The notes: generated by a model from the letters alone, not told the origin. Shown: positions 9,214-19,225, counted from the first letter of the stretch. The stretch: 24,000 nucleotides of DNA from Leptolyngbya iicbica LK (GCF_004212215.1 NZ_QVFV01000013.1:21030-45029), one strand, 5' to 3'. Translations and numbers: made by a program.

Positions 9214-11457
9214 TCAGCCCGGGTTTAACGTGACCGACGGCGTCACCTTGAGGGGGAGGGTGACGGTCACAGTCGTCCCACTTGCGGCGTTGGAGGTGAA
9301 GGCGATCGCCCCGTCGTGGGCCTCGACAATGCGGCGGGTAATAGCGAGGCCAAGGCCATTGCCAGTGGATTTGGTGGTGAAAAAGGGTTGCATCAATTTC
9401 GGCAAGGTCTCTGGCGGGATGGGGTCACCGCCGTTGTGAACGTGAATGTTGACAGTGTCATCATTCACGCAGAGCGAACAGGTGATGCGATCGCCCTCGG
9501 GGCAGGCCTCACAGGCATTGCTCAGAAGATTGATGAAAACTTGTGTGAGGCGATCGCGATCGCCATTCACCGTGACGGTTTGCTCCAGGCCAATCGTGTG
9601 GAGCTGCCGATTTTGCGCCACCGGCTGATGGCTGAATTCTGCGTGTAGCGTTTGTAAAAATGGCCCCAGGGCCAACGGTTCCAGCTCTAAATGCTGCTCG
9701 CGGGCATACATCAAGATTTCGTTGAGCAGCCGTTGTAGGCGTTCGGATTCTTCTAGCGCAAAGGCGAGGCGGTGCTGCGATCGCGGCGGCAACTCCATCT
9801 GGGTCAAAGAGTTGAGCCCGAGCAAGATCGTCGTGAGGGGATTGCGCACTTCATGCACAATCATGGCGGCAAGTTCCCCAATTTCGGCCAGTCGAGCCTG
9901 GACTTGCTCCATCGCTCGGCGGGCGGTGATGTCACGGGCCAGCGCCAACAGCACTGGCTTGCCGCCGATATCAATGCGACCAATGCGCACCTCGACCGGA
10001 AACTGACTGCCATCCTTGCGCTGATGGATGCCTTCGCGAGTCACGGCCTGCCCAGCAGCCAAATCCCAATCTTGGGCCAATGCGGACATCGATACCGACT
10101 TTTGCACATCGGGCACCGACAGTTGCAGCAGTTCAGCACGGGTATAGCCCAGAGTATGGCAAGCTTCCTCGTTGACATCAATGAAGCGACCATCCGTATC
10201 CACCACAAAGAGGGCATCTGTCGCCTGCTCCACCAGCGTTCGAAACCGTTGCTCGCTCTCACTGAGGGCATCTTCGGCAGCTTTGCGTTCAGTGATGTCA
10301 TTGGAGACTGACAAAATACACTCCTGACCGTTGAGCTGTACGATTTCAGCGGAATAGAGCACGGTGCGGCTGGTGCCTTGGGCACAGCAAAAGCGATATT
10401 CTTGATTGCGAATGAAGCCTTGTTGTCGCAGGCGATGCAGCATGGCAGCGCGATCGCCAATATCAGCCCACAATTTCAAACTAGCAGCCGTTTGCCCAAT
10501 GACGGCAGCCCGCTCGGCGCCATACAGCGTCAGAAAGCTGTCATTGACATCCAACAGTTCCCCCGTGTCAAACACGCTCAAACTCATCGGGTTGGGGCTG
10601 GCATAAAACGATTTGGAAAACTTCTCTTCTGATAGGCGCAGATCGGCTTCGGCTTGATCTCGCTCGGCGATCGCTTCCCCCACCTGATTGACCATTTCCT
10701 CAAACGCCATGATCACGTCGCCCAGTTCGTCCGGGCGCGATGCCCCCGGCGATACCGATTCAAACGGAAGCGATCGCGCATCCTCGTTGCGCCGCAAGGT
10801 CTGACCGGCACGCCGCAAGTCGCGTCGCAGCGCCAGCACTGAGGCAATCACCAACCGATCCAGCACGATCATGGTGGCCCCGGTGACAAAAACGGAAATG
10901 ATCAGCACGAGCCCGATGATGCGACCAATGAAGTAGTAAAACTCCCGCCCGACCCAAGTCGCATCATGGCGAATAATCAGCTCATAGCGTCCCTCTAGGG
11001 GCGACATTTCCCACACGGCATCGTAGCGTTGGGTGCGGCGGTTGTAGCGATCGCGCTCCGTCAAAACTTGTGGCAGCAGCTCAGGCATTGCAGCTGCTAG
11101 CTCGGGCAATTCACCAAAGCTGCCGATCTGGGTGCCGTCAGCACGATAGAGGGTGCCACCCAAAATGACTTCATTCCGGAGCAACGTTTCCAGACTGGCC
11201 AGTACCGACTGGTCGTCAATCGCCATCAAATCCCCTTGGCTGCTCAAGATGCCTTCGGCCTGGGCTGTGGAGAGCGATCGCAAATAATTCAACAGCTCCC
11301 GCTCCCGCCGCATGACTGACGGCACCAAAATAATGGCCTCAATCACCACAATGCTGAGAAAGACCCAAAACACAATGCGCCGCGACAGCCGCGATCGCCA
11401 CAAGTTCGCTAGCGACTGTAATTGACCCAAATTCGACGGCATAAATTTTGATGGCAT
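9214..11457 (-). CDS. Membrane-bound PAS-domain sensor histidine kinase (HAMP, two PAS, HisKA, HATPase)
   Basis: The N-terminal TM segment, extracytoplasmic region and second TM are followed by a HAMP-like region, two PAS segments (FYASPNPMSLSVFDTG; ATDALFVVDTDGRFIDVNEEAC), the H-box MIVHEVRNPLTTIL, the N-box NLLSNACEA and GNGLGLAITRRIVEAH. The ORF track extends to 11580, but the more plausible start is MPSKFMPSN at 11457. Confidence 0.9.
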   Translation of the reverse strand: MPSKFMPSNLGQLQSLANLWRSRLSRRIVFWVFLSIVVIEAIILVPSVMRRERELLNYLRSLSTAQAEGILSSQGDLMAIDDQSVLASLETLLRNEVILGGTLYRADGTQIGSFGELPELAAAMPELLPQVLTERDRYNRRTQRYDAVWEMSPLEGRYELIIRHDATWVGREFYYFIGRIIGLVLIISVFVTGATMIVLDRLVIASVLALRRDLRRAGQTLRRNEDARSLPFESVSPGASRPDELGDVIMAFEEMVNQVGEAIAERDQAEADLRLSEEKFSKSFYASPNPMSLSVFDTGELLDVNDSFLTLYGAERAAVIGQTAASLKLWADIGDRAAMLHRLRQQGFIRNQEYRFCCAQGTSRTVLYSAEIVQLNGQECILSVSNDITERKAAEDALSESEQRFRTLVEQATDALFVVDTDGRFIDVNEEACHTLGYTRAELLQLSVPDVQKSVSMSALAQDWDLAAGQAVTREGIHQRKDGSQFPVEVRIGRIDIGGKPVLLALARDITARRAMEQVQARLAEIGELAAMIVHEVRNPLTTILLGLNSLTQMELPPRSQHRLAFALEESERLQRLLNEILMYAREQHLELEPLALGPFLQTLHAEFSHQPVAQNRQLHTIGLEQTVTVNGDRDRLTQVFINLLSNACEACPEGDRITCSLCVNDDTVNIHVHNGGDPIPPETLPKLMQPFFTTKSTGNGLGLAITRRIVEAHDGAIAFTSNAASGTTVTVTLPLKVTPSVTLNPG

Positions 11458-11522
11458 GATGTGGACACAATTGTAGTGGTTTGAGCCCGCAGCCGAGGAG
11501 TCATCCCCTCGCAGCCCACATC

Positions 11523-11551
11523 GCTGGTGGGTAAACTGTCTCCCCACCAGC
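11523..11551. repeat. 9-bp inverted repeat between the metallophosphoesterase and histidine kinase genes
   Basis: GCTGGTGGG (11523-11531) / CCCACCAGC (11543-11551), loop 11 nt. There is no U-tract on either strand. Confidence 0.6.
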
Positions 11552-11576
11552 CATCGCCAGATTGTCGGCGATCGAG

Positions 11577-12401
11577 TCATGCCGACTCATACAAGTTGAC
11601 TTTCTCCTTAGTTTTATAAGAGTAGGCATCAAAGTCGCCAATAAAGGCTGTGTGCGTAATCAACCCAGTCCCCTCATGCCAGAGATGCAGATGCAAACCG
11701 GGCGGCTCCATCACCATAGTCGGCGGGGCATCGGCAGCAAGTTTGAGGGCGACTTGGTGAGCCGTGCTGGGCGCAACAGTACACAACGTGCCGGCCCACA
11801 AAGTTTGAATCGAGCGATGCAGATGACCACAAGCCACCCGCTGCACGTTGGGATACTGCTGAATGAGTTGCGCGAGCGCGACATCCCCCCGACACCGCAG
11901 ACGATCCATCCCATATAAGCCGCTCTCAAACGGGGGATGATGCATAAAGATGACGGTCGGGCGATCGGGCGCTTCGGCTAGGCGATCGCGGAGCCAAGTC
12001 AGGCGATCGCGATCAATATTGCCGTACCCCTCTCCCTCGACTAAAGTATCGAGCACGATCAGCCGCAGCGGCCAGTCTTCAACCACATACTGCACAAAGC
12101 CCTCAGCCGGGACGTAAGACAAGTTGGGAAACACCTGACGGAAGGCCGCGCGATCGTCATGGTTGCCCATCACCAAATACAAGGGGGCTTTGAGTGGGGC
12201 TAGAAGCGCTTGAAGCTGTTCATATTCCTCAACGCTGCCCTCATCGACCAAGTCACCCGTAGCCACCACTAAATCGGGCTGGGGCGACAACCGATTAATC
12301 TGCTGCACCGCAGCTTGCAAGTAGCGATTGGTGTCGACAATACCATAGGCTCGCTGGCCTGCAGGCTGCACATGTAAGTCAGAAACTTGGACAATAATCA
12401 T
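11577..12401 (-). CDS. Calcineurin-like metallophosphoesterase, CpdA (cAMP phosphodiesterase)-like
   Basis: 274 aa with the full motif set: QVSDLHV, ATGDLVDEG, VMGNHDDR, IFMHHPP, CGHLHR. Confidence 0.85.
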   Translation of the reverse strand: MIIVQVSDLHVQPAGQRAYGIVDTNRYLQAAVQQINRLSPQPDLVVATGDLVDEGSVEEYEQLQALLAPLKAPLYLVMGNHDDRAAFRQVFPNLSYVPAEGFVQYVVEDWPLRLIVLDTLVEGEGYGNIDRDRLTWLRDRLAEAPDRPTVIFMHHPPFESGLYGMDRLRCRGDVALAQLIQQYPNVQRVACGHLHRSIQTLWAGTLCTVAPSTAHQVALKLAADAPPTMVMEPPGLHLHLWHEGTGLITHTAFIGDFDAYSYKTKEKVNLYESA

Positions 12402-12492
12402 GGGTATTGGGGATGCGGAAACTCTGCCTCTGCCAGACTACCCTCGAATCTCTGGCACCCACAATTGCTGGCAACACCACGAATGACCGGTG

Positions 12493-12707
12493 AACCCTGC
12501 ATTTTAGGGTCTAAATTCAGGAGTACATGTTTAGCGTTAGTTCGGAATGGCTGATCCTCTCCGATGAGGGGTGCCCGGAGGGCAGGGTGGGTCAGATATC
12601 GGTCATGCCTTGACTAAGCCACCCCAACGCCCCGCCTCAGAGGGGATTCAATACCGGCAGAGAGCTTCACGCTAAACCCTTACATTCAGGACCTGGATTT
12701 CAGGGTT
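12493..12707. repeat. Long imperfect palindromic segment with nested complementary blocks
   Basis: Nested pairs: AACCCTG (12493-12499)/CAGGGTT (12701-12707); GTTTAGCGT (12529-12537)/ACGCTAAAC (12669-12677). Inner blocks GGGTGG...GTCA and TGAC...CCACCC sit around 12584-12624. Confidence 0.5.
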
Positions 12708-13182
12708 GTCCACATGCTCCATATCGCCTTACTCACAACAAGCTGGTGCCAACAACCTGCGTGTTAGAAACGACAGCCCTGTCATCGACCAAGAGATCTT
12801 GAAAGACTGGCGAATCAGGAGAGAGCTCAATCGACACCAGGCACACTTTACAGCCACGCATCGCCCTACCATGGCCCGCAACAGCAGCTTGCCTCACCAA
12901 CGTAAAGTCTTGCCAGCCAACAACCGATATTTTGCGCCAATTAAGCCACAATTAAGACATCAGGATGGTTACATGACCGCGATCGCCCTTGGTATTTGCT
13001 GCCTGATCGTCAAATGTATCCTGGTTGCATCCTATCGTCACCGAGACCGCGCAGAGCCCAGGGCTCATTCTCACGGTTGCCGTCACAACCGCAGGAAATG
13101 AGTCTGAAATTCCTGAACATCGTAGTTCTGCATGCTCCCTCTTAACCCCGGCCCGATTCCGTAGAACTACTTAGCAGTCCGG

Positions 13183-13899
13183 ATGATCGCGGCTGTTAGG
13201 ATAAAGGACGGTTGCGTTTTGCCTCGTACCCATTGCGGTTACCCTCCCAGAATTACCGACATCCCCTTCAAGGCTGCCGTGAAATCACCGATTCGCCATC
13301 CCCAACAGTTGCTCGATGCTTACCAGGCCGGCCAGGAAAACTTTAGCGATTTAATCTTAAAAGCTGTCGACTTGCGTGGGGTTTATCTGCCGTTTATCAA
13401 CCTCGAATCAGCCAATTTAGAACATGCCGATTTGCGTCACGCCATTTTGACCGGGGCCACGCTCATGCGGATTCGCTTACAGTCGGCGCAGCTTGATAAA
13501 GCTAACCTCATTGCCGCTGACCTGATTCGGGCTAATTTGCATCAAGCCTGCCTGCGTGATGCCCTCTTATCCTCCGCCAATCTTTGCGGGGCTGATCTCA
13601 GTGAGGCCAATCTGCAGCGAGCGACATTAGCAGGGGCCAATCTCAATGGTGCCAACTTGCGCGGAGCCGATCTCACGGGGGCTAACTTGTCGGGGGCATC
13701 GTTGTTTGGCACTAATTTGACGGGGGCCAATCTACAAAATGTGCCGCTAGAGGCCGCCAAGATGAGCTACACCATCATGCCCGACGGCTATTGCCTCGTC
13801 GGCGAAAATGAAATTGATGACGATCCCAACAAGGCCAGCGTCTCGATCGCGAATATCTCAGCGTACTCAAGGCTGGCTAAGCATTTGCGTAACAACTGA
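13183..13899 (+). CDS. Pentapeptide repeat protein
   Basis: Tandem A(D/N)LXX repeats: [22 protein letters not shown]...[53 protein letters not shown]. The start is uncertain: ATG at 13183, or GTG at 13279 giving [18 protein letters not shown]. Confidence 0.88.
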   Translation: MIAAVRIKDGCVLPRTHCGYPPRITDIPFKAAVKSPIRHPQQLLDAYQAGQENFSDLILKAVDLRGVYLPFINLESANLEHADLRHAILTGATLMRIRLQSAQLDKANLIAADLIRANLHQACLRDALLSSANLCGADLSEANLQRATLAGANLNGANLRGADLTGANLSGASLFGTNLTGANLQNVPLEAAKMSYTIMPDGYCLVGENEIDDDPNKASVSIANISAYSRLAKHLRNN

Positions 13900-13942
13900 A
13901 TCAATCGACTGACCTTACCGGAATAGCAGTCCTTATTGCCCA

Positions 13943-15154
13943 TTATGTGGAATGGGCCGAAGCTGACTCCCGTAAACTGAGCGCAAACCAGGCCACGCCA
14001 ATCGTCAGCACTCCAGTAATCCAAAAAGGAATACCGTAACCAAAGCTCACCAGTGCCCCGGCGACTGCTGGCCCGATCGCATTCGACAAACTGAGAAAAG
14101 AGGCGTTGGTACCCAGCACTTCTCCTTGTTCTTGCGGGCCACTGCGCAGCGACAAAATCGACTCGATCAGCGGCAGGGGGAAGGAGTTGACCGCTGCAAA
14201 AACCACCGTAATGACCACAAACGCTTGAATCGTCGGAAACGTGGGAATCAGCAAGAAACAGATGCCTCGCGCGGCCAGCATAAACGCCAAAATGTTGACC
14301 ACATTGAATCGTTGGCGCAATGGCTCTAGCCCAAACACCTGAGTCATAAAGCCGATAATGCCAAACACCGCAAAAATGAGCGCGAGTCGTCCTGGCGTTT
14401 GTCCCAAAATATTCAAGAAAAAGGGTTGAAATGCAAACGTGAAAATCGTGAAGGTAAAGCCGCTCAAAAACGTCACAAGAAAGGTGCGGCCAAAGCGGGG
14501 ATTCTGAAGCGATCGCACAATGCGCCCCAACTTAAAGTCTGACCAAGTCAGTTCAAATTGCTCGCAGACCTGATGGGTTTCTGGCAGGCAGACCGCGCAG
14601 AGGATTGTGGCGATAAGGGCGATCGCGGCTGACACCATAAAACTCATCCCCAAAGATGAGATCCCAGGCAGCGGCGGCACCACCTGCGCCAAATAACTCA
14701 GCGGTGGCCCCGCCACAAACCCAAGACGAAAGGTGGCGCCAAAAATGCCGAAAGCCCGGGTGCGCTGCTCAGGGTTCGTGATATCGCTAATAATCGCCTG
14801 GGCGATCGAGTTATTGCCTCCGGTCACCCCATCCAACACTCTGGCCAGAAATAAAAACCAGGCAAATGGGGCCAGACTGGCCATCAGGTTAGCTAACACC
14901 GTCCCCAGCAAGCTCAAAATCAGTAGCGGTTTGCGCCCGACTCGATCAGACAGGCGACCCAAAATCGGTGTCCCAATAAACTGCGAAGCAGCATAGGCAG
15001 TGGTGAGCAAACTGGCCTGAAAGTCGCTCAGGCCAAACTGTTTGGCATAGGGATATAAAACCGGAATGATGATGGTAAAACTGACCGCATTAATAAATGC
15101 GACCAGCGTAATAATCCAAAAGCGCCACGGTAAACGCTGCGAACGATCGGCCAT
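13943..15154 (-). CDS. Major facilitator superfamily transporter (multidrug/tetracycline-efflux-like)
   Basis: 403 aa, 12-TM-like pattern with the MFS motif A signature GRLSDRVGRKPLLI. Confidence 0.85.
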   Translation of the reverse strand: MADRSQRLPWRFWIITLVAFINAVSFTIIIPVLYPYAKQFGLSDFQASLLTTAYAASQFIGTPILGRLSDRVGRKPLLILSLLGTVLANLMASLAPFAWFLFLARVLDGVTGGNNSIAQAIISDITNPEQRTRAFGIFGATFRLGFVAGPPLSYLAQVVPPLPGISSLGMSFMVSAAIALIATILCAVCLPETHQVCEQFELTWSDFKLGRIVRSLQNPRFGRTFLVTFLSGFTFTIFTFAFQPFFLNILGQTPGRLALIFAVFGIIGFMTQVFGLEPLRQRFNVVNILAFMLAARGICFLLIPTFPTIQAFVVITVVFAAVNSFPLPLIESILSLRSGPQEQGEVLGTNASFLSLSNAIGPAVAGALVSFGYGIPFWITGVLTIGVAWFALSLRESASAHST

Positions 15155-15408
15155 AATTCCTCTGCAACAGTGCCCGTTCCATCATGCCGGAAGATGTCAA
15201 GGAACGGTGCTCAGGCAGGCTCAGATATCAGCGACCATCGCCAATTCTTAGCCTCCACAGCCCCAATTTGACTACCCACATAGGAAGAGGACCGTTGGTT
15301 ATTGGCCGATCTCCAGTGGCTCTCTAGAGAGCGATCGCCCGTAGCTCTACCCTTTGACTAAGATGATGGCCAAGCGCGATCGCTCTCTAAAACATCCGGA
15401 AAGCCCCC

Positions 15409-16392
15409 TTAATCCACTAAAAACTTCAATGGATCTTGAGGTTTGCTATTGAGCAGCACTTCAAAATGCAAATGCGGCCCGGTGGAGTAGCCCGTATTGC
15501 CGGAAAAACCAATCACCTCATGTTGGGCCACCAGATCATTCACCGATACTTGAAACCCGCTTAAATGCGCATAGCGAGTCCGAAAGCCATTACCATGATC
15601 AATCTCAATCACATTGCCATAGCCCCCATTGCTGCCTGCACGGCTAATCCGCCCCCCATCGGCAGCCTTGATAGGAGTCCCTGTGGGTACAGCAAAATCG
15701 ACCCCCTCATGAAATCGCACCTGCTTAGAAATCGGGTGTACACGCTCACCAAAAGGACTCGACAGGGGAAAACCAGCAACGGGATAACGGAAATCACCCA
15801 ACGCCTGACCTCGCGTGGGAGCAGCGACTTTCACATCTGCGTCTGCGCCAATTTCTGAAATCGGTGCGGGCATGGGCAGCAGTGGCAATTTCGCAGCCAA
15901 GAAGGAGCTAGAGGTCTGAGTGTCTGTAGCCATTTCTGCCACAGTTGTCCCCGCGACGCCGGTCTCCGACAACTTGGCATTCCCCGTGGGCAAAAATGGC
16001 TGAGCCAAGATGGGCACCGGGGCACTACTCGCTTTTTGACCCATGACGGTGTAGATCAGTAGCCCGACAAATACACAAGTATTGATAAACGGCAGTACGA
16101 AGAACCAGATACCGAGATAAATTGACGCGGGACTGGGTCGCTTGCGGCTGCGACGTCGCGATTGTTTTGACTGCAGGGAAGTCGAAACCTGTAAAACCGT
16201 CGATGTTTGTAAAATCGTCCCCGCCCCCGCCAGCTGCAGTGCCTCGTTCGCTAATGAATGAGCGCCATGAGTTGCGATCGCAAAAAGTTCTGGCCGCCAC
16301 ACCGGAATCGGAGCATACCGCTTTGCGCTAGATACACGGGTCTGGCCCGGATAAATGCCCTGGCTCATTGGATATTTAGCTGACTGAATCAT
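15409..16392 (-). CDS. M23-family peptidase (LysM-less, membrane-anchored murein endopeptidase-like)
   Basis: C-terminal SPFGERVHPISKQVRFHEGVDFAVPTGTPIKAADGG...GYGNVIEIDHGNGFRTRYAHLSG...GYSTGPHLHFEVL is a canonical LytM/M23 domain. One TM segment lies upstream. The ORF track start is 16437; the ATG at 16392 (MIQSAKYPMSQ) is an alternative that leaves the 16424-16455 hairpin untranslated. Confidence 0.88.
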   Translation of the reverse strand: MIQSAKYPMSQGIYPGQTRVSSAKRYAPIPVWRPELFAIATHGAHSLANEALQLAGAGTILQTSTVLQVSTSLQSKQSRRRSRKRPSPASIYLGIWFFVLPFINTCVFVGLLIYTVMGQKASSAPVPILAQPFLPTGNAKLSETGVAGTTVAEMATDTQTSSSFLAAKLPLLPMPAPISEIGADADVKVAAPTRGQALGDFRYPVAGFPLSSPFGERVHPISKQVRFHEGVDFAVPTGTPIKAADGGRISRAGSNGGYGNVIEIDHGNGFRTRYAHLSGFQVSVNDLVAQHEVIGFSGNTGYSTGPHLHFEVLLNSKPQDPLKFLVD

Positions 16393-16423
16393 GGTAAATG
16401 CATCCCTTTGTAGTTGTATGTGT

Positions 16424-16455
16424 CGTGAGTGTTGCAACGTTTATACAACCTCACG
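16424..16455. repeat. Hairpin near the 5' end of the M23 peptidase gene
   Basis: CGTGAG-t-GTTG (16424-16434) pairs with CAAC-CTCACG (16446-16455). That is 10 bp with a 1-nt bulge. Confidence 0.55.
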
Positions 16456-16841
16456 TAGTCACCCATACTAAAAATGCCTAACTCAGCGCGCCCGCTAACG
16501 TCAAACGGTTTGAAAATACTTATTCACAGCAATTTTTTCTCATCCTTAAGCCAATCCAAGGCATCACAGCATCGACTCTCCAGCCAGTTCATCTCAACAT
16601 AAATACTCAGCTAGAATTACAAGCTCATCAATTTTCATTGAAGCCTCTTAGGAAATTCAGTCGCCCTCAATAGCCAAGGCATCGCAGCAAGATTTACTCA
16701 TCGCGATCGCCCCATCCCCCCTCTAAATCACCCATGTGATTGGGTCAGCTACTGCAACCAACTAAAATCGTCAAACTAAAAAGGATGCACGGCCAAACCG
16801 TACATCCTTCAAACTACCTAGCCATAAATCTAAGTGGCGCC

Positions 16842-17375
16842 CTAGTAAGCGTCTTGCAATTCGTAAAAATCTGGCGAAATGTAGTCTTTGCGCAAAGGCC
16901 ATCCCTTCCAGTCTTCCGGCATCAGCAACCGCTTCAAATTAGGATGTCCTTCGTACACAATGCCGTACATGTCATAGCTTTCACGCTCTTGCCAGTCAGC
17001 AGCCTTCCAAATCCAGTAAACCGAAGGTAGCGTCGGGTTTTCGCGCGGCAAAAACACTTTTACCCGCACCTCTTCTGGACTAGTGGCATCATCACTGACT
17101 TTCACTAGATGGTAAAAACTCACTAGAGACTTACCAGGGCCTTCATCATACGCCCCTTGACATTGCAGATAGTTAAACCCATAAGCAAACAAAGCCGTGC
17201 AAATAGGAATCAAAAACTGCGGTTCAACCGTTAGCACTTCAATTCCTAAATGATCAGGAGCTAAAGACTCGTGACCAAAGCCATTCTCAGTCAGCCACTT
17301 TGATACGGGCCCGGCCTCAACAATGGCCCCGCCATCTTCAGCAGTCTCATTCTGATTTACATCCGCATCAGCCAT
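16842..17375 (-). CDS. ndhJ: NAD(P)H-quinone oxidoreductase subunit J
   Basis: [80 protein letters not shown] is the NuoC/NdhJ signature. The likely start is MADADVNQ at 17375; the track start is 17414. Confidence 0.95.
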   Translation of the reverse strand: MADADVNQNETAEDGGAIVEAGPVSKWLTENGFGHESLAPDHLGIEVLTVEPQFLIPICTALFAYGFNYLQCQGAYDEGPGKSLVSFYHLVKVSDDATSPEEVRVKVFLPRENPTLPSVYWIWKAADWQERESYDMYGIVYEGHPNLKRLLMPEDWKGWPLRKDYISPDFYELQDAY

Positions 17376-18126
17376 TGACTTCCTCCTGCTTCGCTTCTTC
17401 CAAAGAAGATTCAACCGACATGCCCATCGCGGCCATCAATTCTTTTGGCGGCGTTTCGTGGGTGCCCGTCTGCAAATATTTGCCCGTCAAGATCGGCGAA
17501 ACACTCTGCATCTGATGCTGGGTCGTATGGTATCGGTGGGTTTGAGCGATCGCGGATTGATCGGCCCAAGATTCAGTCGCAATCTTCTTCCGCAGCTTAA
17601 TAATCGCGTCAAAAATCGCCTCTGGTCGGGGCGGACAACCGGGAATGTAAACATCCACCGGAATCAACTTATCAACCCCTCGTACTGCTGTCGGCGAATC
17701 CATACTGAACATACCGCCCGTAATCGTACAGGCACCCATCGCAATCACATACTTAGGATCAGGCATCTGTTCATACAACCGCACCAACGCTGGAGCCATC
17801 TTCATCGTGATGGTACCGGCAGTAATAATCAGATCAGCTTGCCGGGGAGAGGCCCGTGGCAACAGGCCAAAGCGGTCAAAGTCAAACCGCGAACCAATCA
17901 GTGCTGCAAATTCAATAAAACAGCAAGCGGTGCCATATAGCAGTGGAAACAAACTAGACAAACGAGTCCAGTTGTACAGATCATCCACCGTAGTCAAAAT
18001 GACATTTTCAGAGAGATCCTGGGTTACCGTCGGAGCGCCAACTGGATTTATCAAACGCTCGTCAGGAGCCAGCATCGGTGCCTTACTTTCAGGGTTCATG
18101 ACCATTCCAATGCTCCTTTTCGCCAT
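17368..18126 (-). CDS. ndhK: NAD(P)H-quinone oxidoreductase subunit K
   Basis: [49 protein letters not shown]...[15 protein letters not shown]...[18 protein letters not shown] is the NuoB/NdhK Fe-S subunit. The start may be MVMNPESK at 18105. Confidence 0.96.
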   Translation of the reverse strand: MAKRSIGMVMNPESKAPMLAPDERLINPVGAPTVTQDLSENVILTTVDDLYNWTRLSSLFPLLYGTACCFIEFAALIGSRFDFDRFGLLPRASPRQADLIITAGTITMKMAPALVRLYEQMPDPKYVIAMGACTITGGMFSMDSPTAVRGVDKLIPVDVYIPGCPPRPEAIFDAIIKLRKKIATESWADQSAIAQTHRYHTTQHQMQSVSPILTGKYLQTGTHETPPKELMAAMGMSVESSLEEAKQEEVNG

Positions 18127-18458
18127 GCGTACACCAAACCGACCACTAGAATCGCAATGAAAATCAGCGCCTCTATAAATGCCAGGAGTCCCAGCTTGCT
18201 AAAGGCCACCGCCCAGGGATACAAAAACACTGTTTCAACGTCAAAAATGACAAATACCAGGGCAAACATGTAATAACGGATGTTGAATTGAATCCACGCT
18301 CCGCCAATGGGCTCCATCCCCGATTCATAAGTAGTTCGACGACTCGCCCCTTCTCGCTTGGGTCGCAAAAAGTAAGCGATGCCAAGGGCCAAAATCGGTA
18401 CTGAACCACATAAGAGGAGAAAGACTAAGAGGTATTCGTATCCGGTTAAGACAAACAC
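18096..18458 (-). CDS. ndhC: NAD(P)H-quinone oxidoreductase subunit 3
   Basis: 120 aa: [21 protein letters not shown]...[44 protein letters not shown]-type NuoA/NdhC sequence (here [13 protein letters not shown]). Confidence 0.96.
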   Translation of the reverse strand: MFVLTGYEYLLVFLLLCGSVPILALGIAYFLRPKREGASRRTTYESGMEPIGGAWIQFNIRYYMFALVFVIFDVETVFLYPWAVAFSKLGLLAFIEALIFIAILVVGLVYAWRKGALEWS

Positions 18459-18778
18459 TGCGTATCCTCACTCACGATCGCACACAGTCTTTTGCTGTAC
18501 GCATTTCCATATTAGTTTACATTTGCTTGAACTTCAGACCGTTGCGCGCCGTGAGTGTTTTGCAGTTTCCATGCGGGTGATTAGGCAGTCTCATCATTGA
18601 GCCACAGCAAAATTGGCGCGGTTGATCACGACCTTCAAAATTGACCTGGTAACAAGTAAGGTTCAGCGCCATGTCATAATTGGTAAGAAATATTGCAATT
18701 TTTCATAATCAGCCTTCAGCGGTCTAATGAAGACTAGCTGGCTGATGTTGCTTGTAGAGCCGTCGAGGGAAATTAGTG

Positions 18779-19225
18779 ATGTCGCCTGAGCCTAATCAGC
18801 AAGTTGAGCCGAGCAGCCCGCTTGATGACCAATCGGTTGATCAGCAAAATGCCACACCGATTGAGGAGACAAACGCCGATTCGGCAGCCGAGCCGGACAA
18901 GCCGTTAACTCCACGGGAAATGGATCGATTTGAGTGTATGGCCTGTGGTTATACCTATGAGCCGACCAAAGGGGACGATCGCAGCGGGATTAAAGCCGGT
19001 GTGCCATTTCAAGACGTACCGCTGAATTGGCGATGTCCGGTTTGCGGAGCCCAGAAAAAGCGTTTTGCCAATGTTGGGCCAGCTGGCACCCCCTCGGGCT
19101 TTAAAGAAAATCTGAATTATGGCTTGGGCGTGAATACCTTGACGCCTGGTCAGAAGAATATTCTGATTTTTGGAGCCTTAGCAGTTGGTTTTTTCTTCTT
19201 TATTAGCCTTTATGGTTTGCGATAA
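18779..19225 (+). CDS. rubA: Membrane-anchored rubredoxin (RubA-type)
   Basis: CMACGYTYEPTKGDDRSGIKAGVPFQDVPLNWRCPVCGAQKKRF carries the two CxxCG knuckles. There is a C-terminal TM segment, NILIFGALAVGFFFFISLYGL. It sits directly upstream of ycf48-psbEFLJ. A GTG at 18776 is an alternative start. Confidence 0.93.
   Translation: MSPEPNQQVEPSSPLDDQSVDQQNATPIEETNADSAAEPDKPLTPREMDRFECMACGYTYEPTKGDDRSGIKAGVPFQDVPLNWRCPVCGAQKKRFANVGPAGTPSGFKENLNYGLGVNTLTPGQKNILIFGALAVGFFFFISLYGLR

Noticed and set aside
9722-10632. Several plus-strand ORFs and one minus-strand ORF (10041-10460) inside the histidine kinase
   Set aside because: All overlap conserved PAS/HisKA coding sequence in other frames. None has independent support.
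12733-12951. Minus-strand 72-aa ORF in the gene-poor gap
   Set aside because: Overlaps another ORF on the opposite strand, with no recognisable motif or clear RBS. Kept only as part of the gap observation.
13465-13760. DNA-level tandem repeat pattern (gggg-c-caatct / gcygatct blocks)
   Set aside because: Explained by the A(D/N)LXX pentapeptide repeat coding sequence, not a CRISPR or satellite.
17807-18160. Plus-strand 117-aa ORF antisense to ndhK
   Set aside because: Lies opposite a highly conserved gene. The sequence looks like a frame shadow.
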